From Anaerolineales bacterium UBA6128 (lineage in GTDB: Bacteria > Chloroflexota > Anaerolineae > UBA1429): DNA of 26,397 bases. The translations under genes were made by a program, and so were the position numbers. Of this stretch, positions 9,159 to 16,908 are shown one piece after another. Location: the NCBI GenBank assembly GCA_002423325.1, contig DIVQ01000020.1:1888-28284 (forward strand), written 5' to 3'. How positions within the stretch are numbered: the first letter of the stretch is position 1; each line of letters begins with the position of its first letter. Under the pieces are notes generated by a model, which saw only the letters and a list, made by a program, of their open reading frames with translations, searched no databases and had not been told where the DNA came from.

Positions 9159-9202
9159 CCCGCTTGCAAGTGCATGCCCAAGCGGCCGCCAAAGGAGCGC
9201 GC

Positions 9203-10798
9203 ATGTTGAGGCGAGACCGTGTTACCGTCGGAGTGCTGGCGACGCTGGGCGTGTGTGCCTGTACCTTGCACCTGTATGGTACGCGCCAAGGCATCGGCCT
9301 CAACGCCGACGCGCTGATTCACCTCGAAGCAGCCAGCAATCTCGTCAAGGGCAATGGCCTCGTCCATGGCCCAGCCGCTCGGCCTCTGACGCACTTCCCG
9401 CCGCTGTATCCAACTATCCTGGCCTTCGTGGGCGTCATGCTGAGCGTGGAACTTCAACAAGCCGCCCGTCTGCTCAATGCTGTGCTTTGGGGAGCGAACA
9501 CCTTTTTGGTGGGCTCTATCATCTACCGCCTCAGCTGCCAAAGTATGTGGCTCGCGGTGCTAGGCGCTGCACTAACGCTGTCATCACCCGCCCTGCTCCA
9601 AGTCCATTCGGCAGCGCTCTCAGAGCCCCTGTTTATCTTGACCGCGTTTCTAGGTCTATACATGCTAACACTCTATGCCACGCGTAGGCCCCCCCGGCTT
9701 CTACAGATCGCCGCTCTCATAACCAGTCTGGCTCTGCTGACTCGCTACATAGGAGGCGTGCTTGTCTTTACTGGCAGCCTATGGCTGCTAGCGGCACGAG
9801 GCCGTTCATTTGGCAGGCGTCTCGCGGATGGTCTCCAGTTCGGGCTGATCGCTAGCCTACCACTGGCAGCGTATACCCTCTACACATCACGGATCACGGG
9901 AAGCATAGCGAACAGAAGCCTGCTCTGGCATCCGATCACCATGGGCCATGTGCGTCAGGCACTCGGCACGCTATCGGTGTATGCGTTGCCGGCGGCCACG
10001 CCCTCATTCACTCGGGGGTTGGCGGTGCTGGGCATGATGGCCGCCTTGGGCCTCTGCATCGCGATGCTGCGTGAACACGCCCCCTCCGAGGGCAATCTGC
10101 TCTCCCGATCAGCGTGCCGACGCGACCTGATGTTATTCGGCTCCTTTGCCATCTGGTACATGCTCGGCTTGCTTGTCTCGATTTCTACCTTTGACGCGAA
10201 TACGCCCCTTTCGAGCCGCATCCTGATACCGATCCTGGTTGCGTTCCTCGTCTTTGCCCTTGGAGGCGTCGGCCTACTGACGCACGCGCACAACCGGACG
10301 GTGCGCATCCTGGGCTTGCTTCCTTTTATGGTGTTGACTGCGCTCTATGCGACTGCTTACTGGCCCAGAGTGCAGGACATGCATCTCAACGGGCAGCGTT
10401 ACTCTGGCGCGCGCTACGAATCCTCGGCGCTGGTGCAGGCCATCCGCGAGCTCTCTGCAAACACGCCGCTGCTCACGAACAATTCGACCGTTCTTTATCT
10501 GATGACGGGACATGAATCCTCCCAGCTGCCCTGGAAGTACAAACCCACCACACTTGAGCCCAATGCCAACTACCGTAAATGGGTGGAGCGTGCGGTCGAG
10601 CAATTGCGACGCCAGGGCGGCCTGATCGTGTATCTCACGGTGGATCCCACACCGCGCTGGCAAGTGAAGCTAAGCGAACTGCGCGAAATCGCCTCAATGG
10701 AAGTCATCCTCAGCACAGACGAGGGTGTGCTATTGCGGCCGCTGCCTCCGGATGCGGGCCGCGCGGGCAGCGAGACGCCGGTCAGATCCTTACCCTGA
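9203..10798 (+). CDS. polytopic membrane protein (531 aa), GT-C-fold (ArnT/PMT-like) glycosyltransferase-like: N-terminal 10-12 TM helices plus a soluble C-terminal domain
   Basis: AAGGAG RBS at 9192-9197, ATG 9203. GC is lower and codons are atypical (cta, tta, ata, ttt) relative to its neighbours. A GT-C assignment is by topology only. Confidence 0.65.
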   Translation: MLRRDRVTVGVLATLGVCACTLHLYGTRQGIGLNADALIHLEAASNLVKGNGLVHGPAARPLTHFPPLYPTILAFVGVMLSVELQQAARLLNAVLWGANTFLVGSIIYRLSCQSMWLAVLGAALTLSSPALLQVHSAALSEPLFILTAFLGLYMLTLYATRRPPRLLQIAALITSLALLTRYIGGVLVFTGSLWLLAARGRSFGRRLADGLQFGLIASLPLAAYTLYTSRITGSIANRSLLWHPITMGHVRQALGTLSVYALPAATPSFTRGLAVLGMMAALGLCIAMLREHAPSEGNLLSRSACRRDLMLFGSFAIWYMLGLLVSISTFDANTPLSSRILIPILVAFLVFALGGVGLLTHAHNRTVRILGLLPFMVLTALYATAYWPRVQDMHLNGQRYSGARYESSALVQAIRELSANTPLLTNNSTVLYLMTGHESSQLPWKYKPTTLEPNANYRKWVERAVEQLRRQGGLIVYLTVDPTPRWQVKLSELREIASMEVILSTDEGVLLRPLPPDAGRAGSETPVRSLP

Positions 10799-10820
10799 CA
10801 TGCCGCGGCGCAGGCGCGCG

Positions 10821-11012
10821 GGGCACCCGGGCTGTCCTGACGATGCGCGCGCTGCTGCCCTGCGCGCTGGCCTTTGCGGCGGGCGCCATGATCTTTGCAG
10901 TGGTAGAGGATCTGATTCCCGAGGCGCAGAGCAAAGGCAACTCGCACCTGTCCAGCGCTGGCGCGATGCTGGCTTTGCGATCGTGATGATCCTGGGCGTG
11001 GCCCTGGGGTGA
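10821..11012 (+). pseudogene. approx. 190-bp degenerate copy of the zupT 3' end (last ~63 codons), with a 1-nt deletion causing a frameshift
   Basis: It reads ..[47 protein letters not shown], then shifts frame to ..FAIVMILGVALG*. This is about 85% nt identical to zupT 6611-6794. A lone A of zupT (6750) is missing after 10978. Confidence 0.65.
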
Positions 11013-11020
11013 GGCGCGGC

Positions 11021-12001
11021 TCATACCTGGGCCGAGCTAGCCGCCTCCACGCCCTGCTCCAGCAGCGCCAGCAACGCCTCGGCCGTCTGGGCCTCCATCA
11101 GCCGGGGACGCAGGGCATTGGCGCCCTCCAGCGTCGCCACGTACTTGACGACGAACTTGCGAAACAGCATCAGTCCCTGCGTGTCGCCATAGTAGTCCTG
11201 CATGGCCGCCAGGTGACGCCGAATCAGCGCCAGCCGCTCCGACCAGGGCACGTCCCCCAGGTCGCGCCGCGCCAGGATCCAGGGATTGCCCACCGCACCA
11301 CGCCCGATGAGCACGGCCGCGCAGCCGGTCTGCGCCTTGATGGCCTCGATGTCCGCTACCGTGCGCACATCCCCGTTGGCCAGCACGGGCACGCTCACAC
11401 GTGCGACCACCTCGCCAATGGCCCGCCAATCGGCCACGCCGCTGTAGCCCTGCTCCTTGGTGCGGCCGTGCACCGAGATGGCGGCCGCGCCGCTCTCCTC
11501 AAGGATGTGCGCCACCTCCAGATAGTTGCGCGTGGTGTCGTCCCATCCCAAGCGAATCTTGCAGGTTACCGGCACCGGCAGCACGGCCACCAGGCGACGG
11601 ACGAACTCGCCCAGTTGCAGCGGGTCCTGCAGCAGCGCCGCGCCGCGTCCGCGGTAGAACACGCGCCGCGCGGGACAGCCGGCGTTGAGGTCCATGATAT
11701 CGGGCCGCAGCGCCATCAGCGCCTCTGCGGCCGCTACAAGAGTATCGGCTTGCCTGCCCAGCAACTGCAGCGCGATGGGACGCTCTTCCGAAGCGAACTC
11801 GACCAGCCCAGACGTGCGCCGCGGGTTACGCAGCACGCCCTCATCGAGCACGCAGGGCAGAAAACTGAACGCCGAGCCCATCTCGCCGCACAGGGTACGA
11901 AACGGCAGATCCCCGTAGCTGGCCATGGGCGCCAGGATCAGGTCGCCGTAGATTGGCACCTTGCCGATGTGCAATTGTGGGAGCCGACGCGGGTCAGACA
12001 T
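11021..12001 (-). CDS. dus: tRNA-dihydrouridine synthase (Dus family)
   Basis: DLNAGCP motif, a TIM-barrel FMN fold and a HGRT segment. GGAG RBS before ATG 12001-11999 (the track starts 2 codons earlier, at GTG 12007). Confidence 0.85.
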   Translation of the reverse strand: MSDPRRLPQLHIGKVPIYGDLILAPMASYGDLPFRTLCGEMGSAFSFLPCVLDEGVLRNPRRTSGLVEFASEERPIALQLLGRQADTLVAAAEALMALRPDIMDLNAGCPARRVFYRGRGAALLQDPLQLGEFVRRLVAVLPVPVTCKIRLGWDDTTRNYLEVAHILEESGAAAISVHGRTKEQGYSGVADWRAIGEVVARVSVPVLANGDVRTVADIEAIKAQTGCAAVLIGRGAVGNPWILARRDLGDVPWSERLALIRRHLAAMQDYYGDTQGLMLFRKFVVKYVATLEGANALRPRLMEAQTAEALLALLEQGVEAASSAQV

Positions 12002-12035
12002 GCTCACTCCATTCCAAAACCCCAGTGTAACACAG

Positions 12036-12061
12036 CGGACGCCCCGATGCCGGGGCGTCCG
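12036..12061 (-). terminator. hairpin CGGACGCCCCG-atgc-CGGGGCGTCCG downstream of the flotillin gene, with a weak U-tract
   Basis: 11-bp perfect stem 25 nt after the flotillin stop; a GTTTT on the minus strand follows only after 16 nt. Confidence 0.4.
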
Positions 12062-12085
12062 CCACTCTCAGGTCCAGCTGCCGTC

Positions 12086-13552
12086 CTACGGCTTGGGCGC
12101 CTCGTCCGTCTTGGCCTCGGCGGGCTTAGCTTGCTCAGGCAACGGCTGCTCGGCGTCGGCCTTTTGCATCTTGCCCAGATAATCGGGCAGTTCGAGCCCC
12201 GCGATGCGCGCCACCTCGTGCATGGGAGGCAGAACGCCCACCAGCTTTTGCCCGAGGTTGCTCAGACCGCCCTCCCCCGAACCGCTGTCCCAGACCACAA
12301 CCTTGTCCAGCGGGAGGTTCTGGATGGCCTTGGCCTGCACGTTGGCCACGTCCACCAGGCGCTCGATCACCAGGAACGACGATGCCTGCGACGCACCGCC
12401 CGCCGCCTGGGTGAGCTGCTGATAGCCAGCGGCCTTGGCGGCCAACACGGCCTGCGTGCCCTGGGCCTCGGCCTGCATGCGCAGCAACACGGATTCTGCT
12501 TCGCCCTTAGCGATGCGCACCCGTCGTTCGCGCTCGGCCTCGGCGGCGATGACCACACTCTCCTTGTTGGCGTCGGCGGGCACAACAATCTCGGCCTGCA
12601 AACGCGCCTGCTCGCGCTGGGCGCGAGCACGCTCAGCCTCCGCCTGCGCCATTTCCTCGGCCACGCGGATGGCGCCATCTGCCCTGCGGGCAGCCTCCTG
12701 GCCCTTCTGGCGCGCGGTCTCTTCGGCGACCTTCATCTGCGCCTCGTACGCTGCCTTCTTGGCCTGGTTCTCGGTCTCCAGCTGTACGGCCTCGGCGTCA
12801 TAGGTCGAGGTCACTTTGCGGCGATCGCGCTCGGCCTCTTTCTCGCCGATCATTGCCAGCGCGTCCGCCGCGGCCACCGACGTGCGGCGGTCGCGTTCGC
12901 GCTCGGCGACGCCTGTCTGCCCCAGCTTTTCCTGCTCGGCGACGTCGATGAGCGCCTGGTTGACCGCTTCGGCGGCGGCCTTTTTGCCCAGCGCCACGAT
13001 ATAGCCGCTCTCATCCTGAATGTCGCGGATGTTCACGTTGATCGCCGTGACGCCGATCTTTTCGAGCTCGGTGGACACCGCCTCGTTCACCTTGCCCATG
13101 AAGGCCTGGCGGTCGCGGTTGATCTCCTCGATACCCATGGTGGCGATCACCGCACGCATCTGGCCCAGGATGATGTCCTGCGCCTGATCACGGATCTGCA
13201 CTTGTGACAACCCCAGCAGACGCACGGCCGCGTTTTCCATCAGCCCGGGATCGGTCGAGATGGCCGCCGTCACCGTCGTGGGCACAGAGACGCGGATGTT
13301 CTCGTTCGACAGCGCGTTGGTCAACTCGATCGGCACCACGAAGGGCTCCAGGTCCAGGTAGGCATAGTCCTGCAGCACCGGCCATACGAACGCTGCGCCG
13401 CCATGAATGGTGCGCGCCGCGCCCTTGCCGGTCTTGCCGTAGATCACCAGAATCTTGTTGGACGGGCAGCGTTTGTAACGTCCCACCAGGGTCAGGAACA
13501 GTGCAATCACGATCAACGCCAGAATAAAGGCGAGGATCACTCCAGGGGGCAT
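12086..13552 (-). CDS. flotillin-family SPFH/band-7 protein (YqiK/FloT-like, 488 aa)
   Basis: N-terminal TM helix, an SPFH domain, and a long Ala/Glu-rich coiled coil (EAQ/AEA repeats). AAGGAG RBS before ATG 13552. Confidence 0.85.
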   Translation of the reverse strand: MPPGVILAFILALIVIALFLTLVGRYKRCPSNKILVIYGKTGKGAARTIHGGAAFVWPVLQDYAYLDLEPFVVPIELTNALSNENIRVSVPTTVTAAISTDPGLMENAAVRLLGLSQVQIRDQAQDIILGQMRAVIATMGIEEINRDRQAFMGKVNEAVSTELEKIGVTAINVNIRDIQDESGYIVALGKKAAAEAVNQALIDVAEQEKLGQTGVAERERDRRTSVAAADALAMIGEKEAERDRRKVTSTYDAEAVQLETENQAKKAAYEAQMKVAEETARQKGQEAARRADGAIRVAEEMAQAEAERARAQREQARLQAEIVVPADANKESVVIAAEAERERRVRIAKGEAESVLLRMQAEAQGTQAVLAAKAAGYQQLTQAAGGASQASSFLVIERLVDVANVQAKAIQNLPLDKVVVWDSGSGEGGLSNLGQKLVGVLPPMHEVARIAGLELPDYLGKMQKADAEQPLPEQAKPAEAKTDEAPKP

Positions 13553-13571
13553 CGTTTTCTCCTTTCGTCGA

Positions 13572-14198
13572 CTAGGACTCGGACTCTTCGACCTCGATCG
13601 TTACACTGTCCACCAGTGCAACGACGCGCACGGAAGTTCCCGCCGGCAGACGCTCACCCGTTCGTGAGCGCGCCTTGACGAACTTGATGGTGTTGCCCAC
13701 CAGCACGCGCACCTGCCCAACGCCATTCTCGGGGATATCCAGGTAGACCTGACCCGAACGACCTACTGCGGTATTGAGCTTGGCGGTGCCCTCTTCGGTC
13801 AAGCGCGGCAGGAACCAGAAGAAGAGCGCAACGACCAGCAATCCGGCAACACCCCACAGCACTGCTCGCAGTACAGCCCACCACTGCGCGCCATCCTGCT
13901 GCAGGTACAGCGCCCCCGCCCAACTGAACAGCGTGCCAAACGCGAGCAGCGAGCGTATCGACAGCAAGCGGAAAGTGGCCAGCCCGGCAGCCTCCTGCGC
14001 GTCCATACCGCCGGCGTCGCCGTCGCCCAGGTCCAGATCCTCGCCGACCTCGACGCCGCCCTCGGCGTCGACCGCCTCCACACCACCGAGAGCAGCCACT
14101 GATGACACGAGCTGCCAGATGAACAGCGTGCTGAAGAACACCGCCGCCACAAAGAATCCCTGGCTCAGGCTCGAGAGTGAGCTCCACCAAGTCAACAT
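13572..14198 (-). CDS. NfeD-family (YqiJ/YuaF-like) membrane protein, partner of flotillin
   Basis: AGGAGGG RBS before ATG 14198 (MLTWWSS...). TM helices, an acidic G/D-rich loop and a C-terminal OB-fold-like region (VRVLVGNTIKFVKARS). Its stop lies 20 nt upstream of the flotillin start. Confidence 0.75.
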   Translation of the reverse strand: MLTWWSSLSSLSQGFFVAAVFFSTLFIWQLVSSVAALGGVEAVDAEGGVEVGEDLDLGDGDAGGMDAQEAAGLATFRLLSIRSLLAFGTLFSWAGALYLQQDGAQWWAVLRAVLWGVAGLLVVALFFWFLPRLTEEGTAKLNTAVGRSGQVYLDIPENGVGQVRVLVGNTIKFVKARSRTGERLPAGTSVRVVALVDSVTIEVEESES

Positions 14199-14332
14199 CG
14201 GTTCCCTCCTCGCTCCACTCAAGAGGCCTTGACTCTGCCTTGCGCCCAACACATCCACGGGGCGTACGCCCGACACACAGTATAGCCGGCGGGCACGTTC
14301 GGGTCAACCGCTCGCGTCACCGCCAGCGGGCG

Positions 14333-14848
14333 TTACTCCTTGCGATCGCTGCGCATCCCGCGCACCTCATCCAGGATGCCCTGCAGGATATCGGGTACAT
14401 CCTCATGCCCCAGCGGCTGGCTTGGCACGCTGCTCTCGGCGGCAGGCCGCTGGCGATGCACCTGCGCCATAATGAGCTCGCGGACCTGCTGATAGTTGGC
14501 CAGCCCTGTAAGCGTCGACTCGGCCGCAGTCTGCTGGCTGAACCCGGCGGTATGCACCTGCAGCGTGCCGATGCCAAACAGCCGATCGAAGGGGCCGCGC
14601 TTGAGCGCGACGTTGGTCACCATACGATAGGGCACCACATCCTCACTGCGGGTCAGAATCCCGCGTCGCACCACCACCTCATCGTCTCGCAATTCGTAGC
14701 TGATCGAGCGACAGTAAGGCAGAATGAGCGCGCAGGCGATGATGATCCAGACAGCGTTCGCGGCGAGAAAGATGGCGACATAGGTCCAGCCTGCCCCGGG
14801 GACCAGGCCCAGGAACGCATACGGGAGAAAGCCGAACACGAACACCAT
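14333..14848 (-). CDS. bacterial PH-domain (bPH_2/DUF304, YdbS-like) membrane protein
   Basis: Two N-terminal TM helices followed by a PH-like domain. First gene of the putative PH-NfeD-flotillin operon. The alternative GTG start at 14854 is 2 codons upstream. Confidence 0.7.
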   Translation of the reverse strand: MVFVFGFLPYAFLGLVPGAGWTYVAIFLAANAVWIIIACALILPYCRSISYELRDDEVVVRRGILTRSEDVVPYRMVTNVALKRGPFDRLFGIGTLQVHTAGFSQQTAAESTLTGLANYQQVRELIMAQVHRQRPAAESSVPSQPLGHEDVPDILQGILDEVRGMRSDRKE

Positions 14849-15041
14849 CGCCACCCAGATAGTGTACTTGGTCGCGAGTTTGGGGCTGGGTTTGAAGACG
14901 CGATCAGTCGTCGTGCACCTCCTTACGGCGCGTCACGAACACAGACGCTCCCATGCCAGATTACCATGCCGCTGCGCTGCCGGCAAGCGGCGGTGCCAGA
15001 GGGGAACAGCCATCGTCCGCAAGCCCGCCTGCAAAAGCGCC

Positions 15042-16142
15042 TCAAGCAGTCGTCGAAACTTCCTGTCCGGGGTGCGCACGGGCCATCCGTACACAGTTGC
15101 CGCCGTCCAGCTTGGCTCTGTACATCGCGCGGTCGGCCGACTCAATCAGTCGCTCCGTGTCGGGGTCACTGCCCGGCTGCCACACGGCCACGCCCACGCT
15201 CACCGTGACGCTCAGCTTGCTGCCGGCAACGGGAAACGCCGCCGCCCCCAATGCATCACAGATGCGCTCAGACAGCGCGCGCGCCTGTGTTGCCGAGGTC
15301 CCCGGAGCCAGGATGGCGAACTCATCGCCTCCATAGCGCGCCACCGCGTCCGCACGCCGCACATGCTCAAGCAGGAATTCGCCGATCTGCCGCAGCAACT
15401 CGTCGCCTGCAAGGTGCCCGAGGGTGTCGTTCACGACCTTGAGCCCGCCCTCGTGGTCAACGTCCAGCATGATCAGCGCCAGGTGCTGCTCGTAGCTCAG
15501 CGCGCGGCTGATCTCTACCGTCAGCAGGTCATCCAGGTGTCCGCGATTGTAGAGCCCTGTCACGCCGTCGCGCACAGCCAAATCGGTGGCGCGCGTGAAA
15601 AGGCGCGCGTTGTTCAGCGCCACCCCCGCGGCCCGAGCCAGGGATTCGAGCGCGTCGAAAGCCTGTCGGCCGGCTGCCACCCTGCTACCGCAGGCCAGCA
15701 GCGCCGCGCCGATCCTCAGCTCTGGCGTCTCGAGCCGCACGGTGCGCACGACGGTTCGGTCGGACGAGCACCCGGCCGCGGCCGGCGCGGCGGTCAGATC
15801 GACCACGTGGATACTCTCCTGCGAGGGGCGATCGCGGGGATCGAGAGCATCGAGCAGCCGCGCGATCATCGCCGCGCACTCTGGCGCGCTGACATTTCGA
15901 TCCGCCCCGCAGAACAGGCTCGGCCCGTCGGGGCTGAATGGCGCGAGCAGCAGCAGCCCGGCCATGCCGCAGCCCGGCAGACTCAGCGCCGTCCGAATCA
16001 GGACGCGCGCGATGTCATCGGAACTGTGCCCCGCCGCGAGAGCGTCGGCCACAAGCCCGAGGTGCTGCAGGCGCGCATCGCCGTCAGCCGACAACCACGC
16101 GCGGTCATCGTCGCTCGGTGCCGGCGCCCGCTTACCCGCCAT
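15042..16142 (-). CDS. diguanylate cyclase, with an N-terminal GAF-like sensor and a GGDEF domain (366 aa)
   Basis: GLYNRGHL, LDVDHEGGLKVVNDTLGHLAGD and RYGGDEF (intact GG[D/E]EF) with RxxD-like context. The N-terminal ~190 aa are assigned as GAF-like by position only. Confidence 0.8.
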   Translation of the reverse strand: MAGKRAPAPSDDDRAWLSADGDARLQHLGLVADALAAGHSSDDIARVLIRTALSLPGCGMAGLLLLAPFSPDGPSLFCGADRNVSAPECAAMIARLLDALDPRDRPSQESIHVVDLTAAPAAAGCSSDRTVVRTVRLETPELRIGAALLACGSRVAAGRQAFDALESLARAAGVALNNARLFTRATDLAVRDGVTGLYNRGHLDDLLTVEISRALSYEQHLALIMLDVDHEGGLKVVNDTLGHLAGDELLRQIGEFLLEHVRRADAVARYGGDEFAILAPGTSATQARALSERICDALGAAAFPVAGSKLSVTVSVGVAVWQPGSDPDTERLIESADRAMYRAKLDGGNCVRMARAHPGQEVSTTA

Positions 16143-16167
16143 CCATCTGCCTCGTGTCCACGGCGCG

Positions 16168-16848
16168 TCAGCGCGTCAGCACTCGGACGCCCTCAGCACC
16201 GGCTACGATCACGACGTTCGCGATGCCAAGAAACAGGCCCGTGCTGACCACGCCCGGGATGGCATGCAGCACGCATTCCAGTTCGCGCGGCAAAGCAATG
16301 CCCTCCGTCCAGCGGCAATCGATGATGCAGTGCCCCTCATCCGTGGCAAAGGGCCTGTCACCCTCCATACGCGGCGCGGTCTCAGCCCCCGTGCGCGCAA
16401 TCGCCGCCTCAGTGCTGCGCCAGCCAAAGCGCACCACCTCGACCGGCAACCAGGAGCGCTTGCCCAGTCGTGTCACCAGCTTGGTCTCGTCGACGACGAT
16501 GATCTCCTGACGGCTGGCCGCGGCGACAATCTTTTCACGCAGCAGGAAGCCGTGCCGCCCCTTGATCAGATCGAGTCGTGGGTCCACTTCGTCGGCCCCG
16601 TCGATCGTCACGTCGATACGCGGGTGCGCATCCAGCGTCGTCAGCGGGATGCTTTCGGCGCGCGCCAGCGCCTCCGTCTCGTTGGACGTGGCGACCGCCA
16701 CGAGGTCGCCAAGCGTGCCCTGCCTCAGTCGCGCGGCAATCTGCAACGTAGCGTGGCGCGCCGTGGTGCCACTGCCGAGACCCACGACCATCCCGCTCTG
16801 CACCCACTCTACCGCCCGGAGTGCAGCGGCTCGCTTCAGTTCTTCCAA
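16168..16848 (-). CDS. rpiA: ribose-5-phosphate isomerase A, probable TTG start
   Basis: GLGSGTT, DGADEVD and KGRHGFLLREKI motifs. There is no in-frame ATG/GTG between the upstream stop and MEELKRAAAL; the TTG at 16848-16846 is the first start. Confidence 0.8.
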   Translation of the reverse strand: MEELKRAAALRAVEWVQSGMVVGLGSGTTARHATLQIAARLRQGTLGDLVAVATSNETEALARAESIPLTTLDAHPRIDVTIDGADEVDPRLDLIKGRHGFLLREKIVAAASRQEIIVVDETKLVTRLGKRSWLPVEVVRFGWRSTEAAIARTGAETAPRMEGDRPFATDEGHCIIDCRWTEGIALPRELECVLHAIPGVVSTGLFLGIANVVIVAGAEGVRVLTR

Positions 16849-16908
16849 GGTGATCGCCTCGATGCGTGATCGCGTGAGCCGCCCGGACGGCGCTGCGCAC
16901 GCTGTCAG

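Noticed and set aside
14260-14271. Palindrome GGGCGTACGCCC in the PH-nfeD spacer as a terminator
   Set aside because: It has only a 5-bp stem with a 2-nt loop and no U-tract, which is too weak, and the genes are probably co-transcribed.
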